64,000 nt of DNA from Nitrososphaerota archaeon (GCA_040290255.1 PSMU01000002.1:1-64000), one strand, 5' to 3'. Positions 1 through 9,533 are shown, counted from the stretch's first letter. Notes: generated by a model not told the origin, from the sequence alone. Numbers and translations are program-made.

Positions 1-343
1 TGCGCTCCCTATATGCCCTGATATCCTCTAGGAAGATATCGCCGAAGATATGGGACCTTATCCCCTTACGCGCAAGGCCCTCATATGCCTCGCCCATTCT
101 CTCCTCGTACACCCTGTTCGCGGCCCCGTTGGGTATGTAGACCTTCTCCAGCGCATACCCAAGGGCCGCCGCCTGCTGCTCTATCAGCTCCCGCCTGATG
201 CCGTGCATGGCCACCCTCTCATCGCCCTCCGTCAGCGTCGTGAGCAGGCAGGCGACCTCTATATCGCCGGAGCTGATAACTTCATAGAGCGCAAGGGCGC
301 CATCCTTGCCCCCGCTCCAGGAAACCGCCGCGCGCCTGCGCAA
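1..343 (-). CDS. PP-loop ATPase, diphthine-ammonia ligase/MJ0570-like (runs off window edge)
   Basis: Manual translation from TTG at 343: LRRRAAVSWSGGKDGALALY...VAMHGIRRELIEQQAAALG...IFGDIFLEDIRAYRE; SGGKD PP-loop. Not in ORF track. Confidence 0.8.
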   Translation of the reverse strand, partial: MRRRAAVSWSGGKDGALALYEVISSGDIEVACLLTTLTEGDERVAMHGIRRELIEQQAAALGYALEKVYIPNGAANRVYEERMGEAYEGLARKGIRSHIFGDIFLEDIRAYRER

Positions 344-403
344 GCCGCATACCCAGCGCGCATCCTAGTTAAGGGCTTCGCCAGCGCTGGCCAAGGACTG
401 AGG

Positions 404-479
404 TGGGGCCGGTGGGATTTGAACCCACGCTCACTGGCTCCCAAGGCCAGCGTCTTCGACCAGGCTAGACCACGGCCCT
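404..479 (-). tRNA. tRNA-Pro(TGG), intronless
   Basis: Cloverleaf on minus strand: D stem GTCT/AGAC, anticodon arm CTGGC-CT-TGG-GA-GCCAG, T arm GTGGG-TTCAAAT-CCCAC, acceptor AGGGCCG/CGGCCCC, discriminator A. Confidence 0.95.
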
Positions 480-503
480 CCTCTTGATGCACTTTACTGT
501 ATA

Positions 504-956
504 TTAGGCTTCATCGCTCGCCAGCACATGAGCCTCGGCCTCCTTCGCCAGCACCCTCTGCTTCAGTTTCCTTTCCACGATGCCCGCGGGGAACAGCACC
601 GTGTACAACAGCGCCACGCCCGCCATGGTAACTATGTAGTATCCTAGGCCGATCGCTAGGCCGATGGCCGCCAAGGCCCACACTTCAGCCGCGGTGGTGA
701 GGCCCACCACCCTGTTCGCCGTCCTAAGGATCATGCCCGCACCCAAGAAGCCCACGCCCACCACGACATTAGAGGCGATTCTGTAGCTGGGATCGATGGG
801 CGAGCCCGAGAGCGTGGCGAAGAGCGCCGCGCCCATGCATACCAGGGCATGGGTCCGCATGCCCGCTGGCTTACCTCTCATCTCCCTCTCGAGGCCCACG
901 AGCCCTCCTACAAGGGCGGCCACGGCCAGTCTTAGCACTATGGTCGCTTCGTCCAT
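504..956 (-). CDS. MgtC/SapB family membrane protein
   Basis: GLEREMRGKPAGMRTHALV, GVGFLGAG, GLTTAA motifs. Confidence 0.9.
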   Translation of the reverse strand: MDEATIVLRLAVAALVGGLVGLEREMRGKPAGMRTHALVCMGAALFATLSGSPIDPSYRIASNVVVGVGFLGAGMILRTANRVVGLTTAAEVWALAAIGLAIGLGYYIVTMAGVALLYTVLFPAGIVERKLKQRVLAKEAEAHVLASDEA

Positions 957-1005
957 GCAGCGGGCGCCACCACAGCTTAATTTAAGCCTGGCCTCCTGCT
1001 AAGGC

Positions 1006-1518
1006 GTGGCAAGGGCAAGACAGCTGCTGTCCTGCGTGCTCTCCTCGGTGGCCTTCGGCGCGGTTTACGGGCATGTAGAGTATCGCTACATAACGCCGTA
1101 TAGGCCGCTCATCGATGCGGCTCTATCACGTTTCCCGCTCCTGTTCTCCCAGTTCTATCCCTATCATTACTTCATCATGCTGCCCATCTTCCTGCTAGCC
1201 TCCTATCTCGCGGTCCGCGGTACCCTCCCTCGCCCACAGAGCGGGGCCGGGCTCACGCGGATGAAGGCGCTCGCCGCCTGGCTCCTCACGGCCGTGCTGG
1301 CGGAGGATGTGACCTGGTTTGGGGAGAGGGTGCTCTGGCCCAGGGCAAATGAAGGCCTTCCGGGCCAATGGATCCTCTGCCCCCTCGAATGGACCTGTCT
1401 TGGCCTTCCTTCCCTAGGGCCGCTGCCCCTCTGGCACATCCCCTTCCTGCTCAGCCTCCTGGCGCTTTGGCTCCAGACCTATACATCGCTTGGCCAGCGA
1501 GAAGGGGAATTTTATTAA
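1006..1518 (+). CDS. Hypothetical membrane protein
   Basis: 170 aa, several hydrophobic segments, fills the gap between known genes. Confidence 0.6.
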   Translation: MARARQLLSCVLSSVAFGAVYGHVEYRYITPYRPLIDAALSRFPLLFSQFYPYHYFIMLPIFLLASYLAVRGTLPRPQSGAGLTRMKALAAWLLTAVLAEDVTWFGERVLWPRANEGLPGQWILCPLEWTCLGLPSLGPLPLWHIPFLLSLLALWLQTYTSLGQREGEFY

Positions 1519-1539
1519 GGATCCTCCTCCAGCTGGGGC

Positions 1540-2856
1540 GTGGAGGCGCTCCCACTTCTCGAAGAGCTGGTGGCCATCAGGACAGTAAACGAGCCCAAGG
1601 CCGGCCTCAGGCCCGATCCCAAGGCGGCCGAGTTCATAAGGGCCAAGCTCGAGGAGGCGGGCCTCAGCGTGGTGCTTCTGGCCAGCGGCGGATATCAGAC
1701 CGTGCTCGCATCGCACGGCTCGGGCAGGCCCATAGCGCTCTTCATGGCACACTACGACACCGTCCCAGTGCGCGAGGAGGAGTGGAGCAAGCCCCCCTTC
1801 AACCTCACGCGCGAGGGCGATAGGGCCTATGGCCGCGGTTCCCTGGACGATAAGGGCAACGTCAGCGCGCTTCTCGCGGCGGCCCGCCAGATGAAGGAGG
1901 GCTGCAAACGGGGAACGCTCCTGCTCGCCTTCACGGGCGACGAAGAGATAGGGGGAGAGCATGGAGCCCTCATGCTGCGGGAGAGGCTGAAGCAGGAAGG
2001 GCGCCTGCCGGACTATGTCGTGAACGGCGATGGCGTGGGGCTGCGGCCCATAGTCCGGAGGAGGAACTCCTTCACCATAGACATAAGCCTGCCATCAAGC
2101 TACAAGGCCTACAGGGGAAGGGCGCTAAGAAGGACGTTCAGGACGCTGACCCCCTATGCCCAGCACCGGCATGCCGGATACTTTATCCCCGGCATCGATT
2201 CGCACTGTCTTCTTCAACTTTCTAGGCTGCTGCTCAACGAGCCGGGCCTGAAACTGCTTGAGCTTGAGGGCGGGTTCTTGGTGGAGAACGTCCTGCCCTC
2301 CTCCATCAGCGCCAGGTTGCTGAGGGTGGGCGAGGGAGAGGTCGTCATGGTGGACGAAGCGCTCAACGAGCTCGTCAAGGCCCTGCTCCCACTCACAAGG
2401 CCTCCCTTGCCGGCCCAGTTCAGCACCTATGGCGTAGTCGCAACGCCCAACGTGCTGCAAAGGCAGGATGGTCGCCTACAGCTCAGGCTCAACGTGAGGG
2501 CCATGCTGCTGGAGCCGGAGCCGGTCGAGAGAGTCTACGGGGAGCTGGTGAGGCGGCTCCTGCCAGGGGCCAGCATGCAGGTCAGGGGCGCCCGCGGCTG
2601 GCTAAATACTCACGAGGATGCGTTGCTAGTGCAGAGGGCCCTTGGGGTTCTTGAGGAACTGGGCGTGGCCGCTTCGCCCATAGAGAGGGAGGGGGCCTCC
2701 GATTCCCGCTTCTTTTCGCCCTTGGGGATACAGGCCATCGACATAGGCCCCCTGGGGGGCAATATGCACGGGCCGGACGAATATGTCCTCGTGCCCAGCC
2801 TGGAGAAGCTCTCCTCTTTCTACGCAAGGCTCGCGGCCAGGCTCCTTTCCAGTTAA
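1540..2856 (+). CDS. M20/DapE/ArgE family metallopeptidase
   Basis: HYDTVP, GRGSLDDKG, DEEIGG, SD, MHGPDE metal-binding motifs. Confidence 0.9.
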   Translation: MEALPLLEELVAIRTVNEPKAGLRPDPKAAEFIRAKLEEAGLSVVLLASGGYQTVLASHGSGRPIALFMAHYDTVPVREEEWSKPPFNLTREGDRAYGRGSLDDKGNVSALLAAARQMKEGCKRGTLLLAFTGDEEIGGEHGALMLRERLKQEGRLPDYVVNGDGVGLRPIVRRRNSFTIDISLPSSYKAYRGRALRRTFRTLTPYAQHRHAGYFIPGIDSHCLLQLSRLLLNEPGLKLLELEGGFLVENVLPSSISARLLRVGEGEVVMVDEALNELVKALLPLTRPPLPAQFSTYGVVATPNVLQRQDGRLQLRLNVRAMLLEPEPVERVYGELVRRLLPGASMQVRGARGWLNTHEDALLVQRALGVLEELGVAASPIEREGASDSRFFSPLGIQAIDIGPLGGNMHGPDEYVLVPSLEKLSSFYARLAARLLSS

Positions 2857-2886
2857 GCCTAAATGGTCCGCCGATAACATGGCGGC

Positions 2887-3339
2887 GTGCAGACGCTTCA
2901 ACTTCTGGAGGAAATAAGGCGCATCACCGCCGGCGAAGGCCTACCGGCGCAGAGGCTCACAAAGGCGCTAAGCGCGCTGAGAGAGGCGAGGGGCTACTAT
3001 TGGATAGGCATCTATAGGAAGGAGGGAAGCGCCATGGTCAGGAAGGCCTTCTCGGGCCCCCTGCCCCCCTGCGACGTCTTTCCCTTGGGCGTGGGCAACG
3101 TGGGATGGGTCGGCATGACGGGACTGCCGAAGCTCATCCCCGACGTCAGGAACGACCCCCAGTACTCAATGTGCTTCGTGGCCACAAAGTCCGAGCTGGT
3201 GGTGCCGCTGAAGAGCGGCGAGGAGGTGGTGGGCCTGATCGATGTGGAGAGCGACAGGCCCCATTACTTTACGGAAGCCGACCTGCGCCTGCTGCAGCAG
3301 GCCGGCGAGCTCCTGCTTCCCCTTCTCCTGCAGGTCTAG
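2887..3339 (+). CDS. GAF domain protein, free methionine-R-sulfoxide reductase-like
   Basis: WIGIY, GPLPPC, SMC..TKSELVVPL, GLIDVES. Confidence 0.8.
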   Translation: MQTLQLLEEIRRITAGEGLPAQRLTKALSALREARGYYWIGIYRKEGSAMVRKAFSGPLPPCDVFPLGVGNVGWVGMTGLPKLIPDVRNDPQYSMCFVATKSELVVPLKSGEEVVGLIDVESDRPHYFTEADLRLLQQAGELLLPLLLQV

Positions 3340-4566
3340 CTATAGGCCGCCGAAGGCCTCGGCCCACGCCTGATAAGCCCTGACGATCTCGGGCGTGATA
3401 CTCGGCTTCCTGCTGCCTATGACCTCCTTGAAGTCCCTCAGCGCTATGGGCCTGGGTAGGGCCCTGGGATCGTCCGCCACGCCGCTCTCGAAGAGCTCGC
3501 TCACGACCTTAAGCTGCACGGCCTGACAGATGTCCCTGATATCGCTTCCCGTGTAGCCCTCGGTGAGCTTTGCCAGCTCCTCCAGGGAGGCATCCGCATC
3601 TAGCCTGAGCGGCCTCGTGTACAGCTCAAAGAGCCTCCTCCTGGCAGCCTGGTCCGGCGGCGGCACGAGCACCCTCTTTTGAAAGCGCCTCAGGAAGGGG
3701 ACATCCAGCGCCCAGGGCTTATTAGTTGCTCCTATCACATATAGGTGCGAATTCTTCCCCTTTTCCTGCACGCCATCGAGCTCCTTGAGGAACTGGTTCC
3801 TTACCCTCACCTCCCCTCCCACCTCCTGGGATCTTACGCCCAGTAGCGAGTCTATCTCATCGATGAAGATGATGACGGGCCTTCCCTCTTCTCTCGTGTG
3901 CAGCTTCCTGGCAAAGGAGAAGAGCCTCGCCACGTTCTTCTCGGCCTCGCCCAGCCACTTGCTCATGATGGAGGCCGCATCCACGCTTATGAAGTACGCG
4001 TTGAGCTCCGCCGCTGCGGCGGCGCAGATAAGCGTCTTGCCGCAGCCCGGCGGGCCGAAGAGCAGGATGCCGCGCGGCCAGCCCAGCGGAAAGAGGTCCG
4101 GCCTGCGGGTCGGGTAGACGATGCTTTCCCTGATCATCTTCTTGACGTCGTCTAGCCCTATGACCTCGTCCCAGCTCACGTTGGGCTTCTCCTTGACGAC
4201 CAAATCGCTGAAGGAGGACTTAAGCGGCTCCACGCCCAGGCCCGCCGGCGCTTCCTCGCCCATCGTCTGTTCCGTAGGCGGGGCCTCCTTGGCCCGCGGC
4301 TGAAGCTCAGGGCCCTCCTGTGTAAAGCTTAGGCCATAGGCCTTCTGAAGGGCCTTCACGCGCTCCTGGTATTGCATGGCCCTCTGCAAGTAGAGCTGGT
4401 TGAGCCTGTACTCAGGGTAGAGCTGGCAGAGCTTAATGAGCGTCGAGATGGCCCTTTGATAGTACTGTATGGCCAGGCCGTAGGAGCCCTGCAGGTCGAG
4501 CTTTATCGCCTCCCCCGCATACTTGGCCGCCGCATCCTCCAGCTCCTTGGCCGCCTGATAGCTCAT
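3340..4566 (-). CDS. cdvC: Vps4-like AAA ATPase CdvC (MIT + AAA)
   Basis: N-terminal MIT domain (AIKLD..G.Y..AIQYYQRAI), GPPGCGKT, FIDEID, ATNKPW..D..FLRRF; ATG 4566 overlaps the upstream stop. Confidence 0.95.
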   Translation of the reverse strand: MSYQAAKELEDAAAKYAGEAIKLDLQGSYGLAIQYYQRAISTLIKLCQLYPEYRLNQLYLQRAMQYQERVKALQKAYGLSFTQEGPELQPRAKEAPPTEQTMGEEAPAGLGVEPLKSSFSDLVVKEKPNVSWDEVIGLDDVKKMIRESIVYPTRRPDLFPLGWPRGILLFGPPGCGKTLICAAAAAELNAYFISVDAASIMSKWLGEAEKNVARLFSFARKLHTREEGRPVIIFIDEIDSLLGVRSQEVGGEVRVRNQFLKELDGVQEKGKNSHLYVIGATNKPWALDVPFLRRFQKRVLVPPPDQAARRRLFELYTRPLRLDADASLEELAKLTEGYTGSDIRDICQAVQLKVVSELFESGVADDPRALPRPIALRDFKEVIGSRKPSITPEIVRAYQAWAEAFGGL

Positions 4567-5168
4567 GCCAGCTCCAGCTCCTTCTGAGCGTTCTGTAAGT
4601 GCAGCTCGAGCCACTCCTGCTCCAGCTCTCCCATCTTACGGCCCAGCTCTTCCGCAAGCCCCCTGAGCACTTCGGGCCCCGAGGCCTCGGCCTGCGTCCT
4701 CGCCTCTGCATACAGCGATGTGAGGCGGCCGAACGCCTGCTCAACCAGGGCATTTGTGGCCATCAGCAGCTCCGCCAGCTCTCCGCCCAGCTCCTCGGAC
4801 AGGGCCCTTTGGGCCTCGACCAAGCTCTCCACGATCTTCGGCACGCCGTGGAGGGCCCGCAACGCTAGCTTAAGGGACTCCAACAGCAGGCAGAGATCCC
4901 TGAAGGTCTCGAGCCTCAGCATCAGGCCGAGTAAGAGGGCATGTGCCGAGCCCACGAAGGAAAAGAGCCTGTCCAGCTGCTCAAGTTCCTTAGCTATAAA
5001 GCTAGTTCTCTCCACGTCCCCTTCTTGGCTTACCTCGGAAAGCCTCTCCATTAGCTGCCTTCGTCTCTCCTCTAGCTTCTGCCTCTTGGCGAGCAGCTGG
5101 GCTTCCAGAGGGGCCATGCCCTTGGCCATCTGTTCCAGCTTACTCGTGTTTAGCGGCGATGTAAACAT
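4563..5168 (-). CDS. Divergent ESCRT-III (Snf7/CdvB-like) paralogue
   Basis: Helical protein with IAKELEQL...LMLRLET pattern parallel to the neighbouring CdvB; coupled to cdvC. Confidence 0.7.
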   Translation of the reverse strand: MFTSPLNTSKLEQMAKGMAPLEAQLLAKRQKLEERRRQLMERLSEVSQEGDVERTSFIAKELEQLDRLFSFVGSAHALLLGLMLRLETFRDLCLLLESLKLALRALHGVPKIVESLVEAQRALSEELGGELAELLMATNALVEQAFGRLTSLYAEARTQAEASGPEVLRGLAEELGRKMGELEQEWLELHLQNAQKELELA

Positions 5169-5250
5169 GACCGCAGTCGGCAGCCTTTATGATAAAACGC
5201 CGCGTGTAAATGATGGTCTACAAACAAGATAAAAAATTGAAAAGAAGAGT

Positions 5251-5889
5251 TTACGCTTGGGTTGGAGCTCCTTGGCCCACGCCCGTGGGGAGCTCTGGGA
5301 ACTTCTCCTTCATGCGCTGTTCCGCCACCGCGGAGGCCTCGGCCAAGATTCTTTCCGCATCCTCGTTAGCCGCGCCGAAGTTCAGCGTGGTGCCCGTAAG
5401 CTGGCCCGCTTCCACTAGGATCGAGCTGAGCATGCTGCTGATCTCTCCAATTTCGCGGTCCGCCTCGGGAAGGATGGATGATAGACCGGCCTTTATCCCC
5501 CTGATGACTCCCATCGCGGGGGCAAGGGTCACGACAATCTCGCCCAGCTCCTGCACGGTGCTAAGCCTCAGCGAGATCTGCTCTAGTGCGAGCCGCGCCT
5601 GCGTCACGAGCCTCGCTATCTTCCTCACCTCGGCCAGCTCGTTCGCGTAGACGGTCGCCTGCTGCGTGTCATGCTTCTGTAGGGCCGAAATAACCTTGTT
5701 GAAGATGGCAGAATCCTTGTCCTTCAGCTTCACGGCCATGGCGTCGAGCTTCTGGACCTGCACTTGAATCTGCCTGACCGCCTGCTCAAGCCTGGGCTTG
5801 AGGGGCCCAGGGCTTCTGACGGCCTCCCTTATCTTAGTTCCTAGTCCCGGTTCGGTCCTGGTCTCCCAGCGCCTGCTGAAGTCAGACAT
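5251..5889 (-). CDS. cdvB: ESCRT-III cell division protein CdvB family
   Basis: YANELAEVRK, LALEQISLRLSTV, LAPAMGVI, AERILAEA...FPELP C-terminal motif. Confidence 0.92.
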   Translation of the reverse strand: MSDFSRRWETRTEPGLGTKIREAVRSPGPLKPRLEQAVRQIQVQVQKLDAMAVKLKDKDSAIFNKVISALQKHDTQQATVYANELAEVRKIARLVTQARLALEQISLRLSTVQELGEIVVTLAPAMGVIRGIKAGLSSILPEADREIGEISSMLSSILVEAGQLTGTTLNFGAANEDAERILAEASAVAEQRMKEKFPELPTGVGQGAPTQA

Positions 5890-5941
5890 GGTAGCAGCGG
5901 AGCCTTAGGCCGGCTTTTGAGCACACCGCCACCCTAGAACC

Positions 5942-5972
5942 TGTCACCGCGGTGACGCAGGACACGGTGACA
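5942..5972. promoter_or_regulatory. Palindromic operator-like site between cdvB and TrmB regulator
   Basis: Perfect 14-bp palindrome GTCACCGCGGTGAC (5943-5956) plus an extra half-site CGGTGACA (5965-5972). Confidence 0.6.
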
Positions 5973-6042
5973 AGCCCCCTCAAGCTTTTGGTGCACGACG
6001 TTAGAGCGGGCGCTTTAACTTACGGGAACCCACGGTGGCCGA

Positions 6043-7227
6043 GTGGAGCTGGAGGAGCTAAGGGCTTCGCTCACCAGGCTTGGCCTGAGCGACTATGAGG
6101 CCAGGGCATATCTGGCGTTGTTGCTTGAGGGGCCTCAGGAGGCCAGGCTGCTTCCCTTTAAGTGCGGCGTGCCGAGGACGAAGGTCTACGCGACGCTCAG
6201 GAGGCTTCAGGAGAAGGGCCTCGCCTACCAGCTGGACGATGGCTCCAAAAGGTACGCCGCCACGCCGCCCGAGGAGGCCTTCTCCAGAGCCCTGCACGAG
6301 CTCCTCAAATCGGTCAGGGCAGCCCGGCAGGCGATCAAGGCGCTCAGCAGGCTGCGCGAGACGAATATTCTTGGCAGAAAGATGGTGGAGGGCAAGCACT
6401 ACCTCCTCAGCTCCGAGCTGCTAGAGCAGAAGCTCGACGAGCTCCTGAGCGTCACCAAGAAGAGGCTGCTGATGTACCTCAGTCCCTCGCTGCTCTACGC
6501 GCTCGAGGCCGTAAGGGCCCGGCTCTTTGCCCTGAGCTCCTCGCAAGAGCTGGAGGCAAGGGCGGTGCTCTCGGCGCTGCTGCTCGAGGAGGAGCAGGCC
6601 CAGCTGCCCCTTCCCAGCTCCTCAGTGCGCGTCTCCACCAGGGGGCTAAGGTTGGGCCTCTTCGTTACCGACGAGCACGTGCTGTTGGCGCCGGGCGAGG
6701 GCGGCTTCTTCTTGCTCTTTAACTCCCCGGAGGTCCACGAGCTGGCCAGGACCCTCTTCGAGGAGCTCTGGGCCTCCTCCTATCCGCTGCACGCGGTCCG
6801 CCAATTCCTGGGAAAGCCCGCGGCCTCCGAGCTCATGGCCCTCTCGCACAGCGAGGCCGTCCTGGCCCGCTTCCTGGAGAGCCTGCTCGAGGCCGTGGGC
6901 GAAGATGCCTACGTGGAGGCAATGAAGGAATTCGTCACCTGGCTTGAGAGCGCCAAGGGACTGAAGCTGCTTGAGGGCGAGCCGGAGGCCACGCTGCAGC
7001 TGCTCACTTCGTTCCTAGAGGCCTCCTCCGCGGGAGGCGTGGCCAGATACGATCCGCTCACGAAGATCCTGACGCTTGAGGCCAGTGAGTTTACGCCCCA
7101 CTCCTTGGTCTGGTTAGGAGCGCTGAGCGGCTACGCCGCCCATAGGGGAGGGAGGATACACGTGCTCCACTCCGCCTATGGGGAAAAAGCAAAGGTGCTT
7201 CAGCTTAAGGTGGTGGGGTCCTCGTGA
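6043..7227 (+). CDS. TrmB family transcriptional regulator
   Basis: LGLSDYEARAYLALL...GVPRTKVYATLRRLQEKGL wHTH, followed by effector domains. Confidence 0.88.
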   Translation: MELEELRASLTRLGLSDYEARAYLALLLEGPQEARLLPFKCGVPRTKVYATLRRLQEKGLAYQLDDGSKRYAATPPEEAFSRALHELLKSVRAARQAIKALSRLRETNILGRKMVEGKHYLLSSELLEQKLDELLSVTKKRLLMYLSPSLLYALEAVRARLFALSSSQELEARAVLSALLLEEEQAQLPLPSSSVRVSTRGLRLGLFVTDEHVLLAPGEGGFFLLFNSPEVHELARTLFEELWASSYPLHAVRQFLGKPAASELMALSHSEAVLARFLESLLEAVGEDAYVEAMKEFVTWLESAKGLKLLEGEPEATLQLLTSFLEASSAGGVARYDPLTKILTLEASEFTPHSLVWLGALSGYAAHRGGRIHVLHSAYGEKAKVLQLKVVGSS

Positions 7228-7461
7228 TCAGGTGGGGGGCGAGAGGTGAGACCAGAGCATCACTCCAAGCACCGCGATGAAGGCGCCGGCGAAGCCTGAT
7301 ACGGCGGCGCCCACGACCTCGCTGCTTAAGTTGGGCAGCAGGGCGAGCAGCAGCGCGGCGAAGAAGGACCTGGAGAGGTATGCCAGGAACCCGAGCACGT
7401 AGCCTAGCAGCGCAAACCCGAACAGCACCTTACCCCTTCCCATCAGGCCAGCGTGCTCCAT
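7228..7461 (-). CDS. Small membrane protein
   Basis: 77 aa, two hydrophobic helices. Confidence 0.6.
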   Translation of the reverse strand: MEHAGLMGRGKVLFGFALLGYVLGFLAYLSRSFFAALLLALLPNLSSEVVGAAVSGFAGAFIAVLGVMLWSHLSPPT

Positions 7462-7503
7462 CGCGCTTAAATCGGCTTGTGTTATTTCTTTTGACCAAGC
7501 ACG

Positions 7504-8196
7504 TCAACTAATTTTCCTCGGCCTGACCTCTTCATATTTGTAGCTCTCGCCCGGCTTGAGTATGATGACCTTGGCCCTAGCCTTGGCCCTCCTCACAAGC
7601 TCTTCGAAGAGCTTGGGGTCCTGTGAGATGGGGGGCCATGTGTTATAGTGCATGGGTATGGCCACCCGGGGCTTCAGCAACCTAATAGCCTGCGCCGCCT
7701 GAGCTGGGTCCATGGTATAGTGGCCCCCTATAGGCAACAGGGCGATGGAAGGCCTGTAGAGCTGGCCGATGAGTTGCATCTCGAGGCTAAGGCCCGTATC
7801 GCCGGCATGGTAGATCCTAATCCCCTCGGTTTCCACGATAAAGCCCGAAGGGTTTGAGCCACCTGAGTGCAGCGCCGGCACCAACGTGACCCTGAAGCCG
7901 GCGATGGTTACCGTGCCTCCTATGTTGGCGCCGATCGCCTTGGCCCCGGCCTGCTCGGCCTTGGCGGCCGTTTCGAACATCGCCACCACCGGCGCACCGA
8001 GCTTCTTCGCGAGCTCGGGCGCGTCGCCGAAGTGGTCGCTGTGGTCATGAGAAACGAGGATGCCATCGCAGCGCTGCACGGCCTCGGGCCCAAAGGGGGC
8101 CAGGGGGTTGCCGCTAAGGAAAGGGTCGATCAAAAGAACGCCGTCCTTGGAGGAGATTTCCCACGCGGCATGTCCCAGCCACTTAAGCTCGACCAT
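7504..8196 (-). CDS. Metallo-beta-lactamase fold hydrolase (UPF0173-like)
   Basis: WLGHA, IDPFL, SHDHSDH, YHAGDT, IPMHYNT. Confidence 0.92.
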   Translation of the reverse strand: MVELKWLGHAAWEISSKDGVLLIDPFLSGNPLAPFGPEAVQRCDGILVSHDHSDHFGDAPELAKKLGAPVVAMFETAAKAEQAGAKAIGANIGGTVTIAGFRVTLVPALHSGGSNPSGFIVETEGIRIYHAGDTGLSLEMQLIGQLYRPSIALLPIGGHYTMDPAQAAQAIRLLKPRVAIPMHYNTWPPISQDPKLFEELVRRAKARAKVIILKPGESYKYEEVRPRKIS

Positions 8197-8304
8197 AGGG
8201 GAGCGAGGAGCGCCGCGCTTATGAGCTTAACCCTCCTGCACTGCGTTGCTTTTGGCCTCTCCTCTATAAGGAGGTGAGGGGCGCTAAGCGCTCGGCCTTA
8301 AATA

Positions 8305-8682
8305 ATGCTGTGTAGCGGAGGCATAGCCCGCGCTTTGATCAGGCCCAGATGGGAGGATTACAGGAGGCCCAGCGCCCTTTATCCGTGCAGCCTCTGCGGC
8401 CGCCACGAGAGCTCCCTTTTCCTCCTCTCGACGGCCTTTTGGGACTTCTTCTTCTGCATGTTCTGCAGATCCTGGTTCAAGGTTCACTATAGAGCGAAAG
8501 CCATCCTGCCGGCAGATGAAAGGGAAGCGAGGGCGCTCACGCTGCACTACCACCAGCTCGCGGGCACGGTCAACGAGTACAGGAGGGTAACGCTCGCGCT
8601 CTCCTCCCCGATAAGGGCCCTGAGGGCCCTACTGAGGCGCGGCAGGGCTTACAGGCAATGGGCGGAGGGCGTTAGAGCCTAG
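8305..8682 (+). CDS. Hypothetical protein with CxxC...CxxC zinc finger
   Basis: CSLC and CMFC motifs; start uncertain. Confidence 0.5.
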   Translation: MLCSGGIARALIRPRWEDYRRPSALYPCSLCGRHESSLFLLSTAFWDFFFCMFCRSWFKVHYRAKAILPADEREARALTLHYHQLAGTVNEYRRVTLALSSPIRALRALLRRGRAYRQWAEGVRA

Positions 8683-8730
8683 CAACAGGCGCCGGCGAGG
8701 CCTTATAACGGTGGCCAGCCTTCGGCGAAC

Positions 8731-9306
8731 GTGCGGCCTAACGAGAAGGCCCTACAGGAGCTCGAGGAGGCCGTCAGGGAGATGGGGGTGCCCAGCATAG
8801 GCCCTGAGGAGGGCAAGCTGGTCTGCCTGCTCGCCCAGCTAAGTAGAGCGCGGCGCGCGCTGGAGCTGGGCACCGGCGTGGGCTACTCAACCTATTGGCT
8901 GGGCCTCGGCGTGGGTCCTGAGGGCAGCGTGGAGAGCGTGGAGCTGGACATTGAAAGGGCCGAGAGGGCCAGGGCCCTGCTGCGGAAGCATGGCCTCGCA
9001 CACGTCAACATCGTGACGGGGGAGGCCCTTAATTTTGTGCGCTCTCTTCCTAAAAACAGGAAATACGATCTTATCTTCGTGGACGTGCTCAGGAGCCTGT
9101 CCTCGGAGCAGGAGGGAAGGGCTCTGGCCCGCCTCCTCGATGTCCGGCTTCAAGAGCGGGGCCTTCTGCTGGCCGATAACGCACAGGCTCCTCATTCCGC
9201 GGTCGAGGCATTCGTGAGTTACTTCTTTTCGAGGCGGACATACTTCTCGGCCATCTGCCCGGTACGAGAGGGACTGCTTATCTCCTACAGGAGGCCTAGA
9301 AGATAA
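8731..9306 (+). CDS. Class I SAM-dependent O-methyltransferase
   Basis: LELGTGVGYST, YDLIFVD, LLADN. Confidence 0.88.
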   Translation: MRPNEKALQELEEAVREMGVPSIGPEEGKLVCLLAQLSRARRALELGTGVGYSTYWLGLGVGPEGSVESVELDIERAERARALLRKHGLAHVNIVTGEALNFVRSLPKNRKYDLIFVDVLRSLSSEQEGRALARLLDVRLQERGLLLADNAQAPHSAVEAFVSYFFSRRTYFSAICPVREGLLISYRRPRR

Positions 9307-9451
9307 TGGGCCGCACGGCCGCGCCACACTTCGAGCACCTAAGAACGAGCTTTTTGCCCTCAACGGCCGGCTTCAGCAGGTTGGGATAATGCGCGCACCC
9401 CCTGCTCTCGGCGCCCTGGTCCTTGGCCACCCGCTCCACCACCCTCTCCAT
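9296..9451 (-). CDS. Small zinc-ribbon protein
   Basis: 51 aa from ATG 9451, CAH...CSKC. Confidence 0.5.
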   Translation of the reverse strand: MERVVERVAKDQGAESRGCAHYPNLLKPAVEGKKLVLRCSKCGAAVRPIIF

Positions 9452-9533
9452 GAATTCATCGTGCTTTAGGCTCACGAGAGCTGCAGGCAGGTCCCGTCTA
9501 AAAAGCTTTTTTGCGGCCCACAGCTCTTTCGAC

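Noticed and set aside
259-492. 77-aa ORF across the tRNA, and the tRNA as an integration site
   Set aside because: The ORF is a read-through of the tRNA sequence; I saw no duplicated tRNA 3' end or integrase in the window
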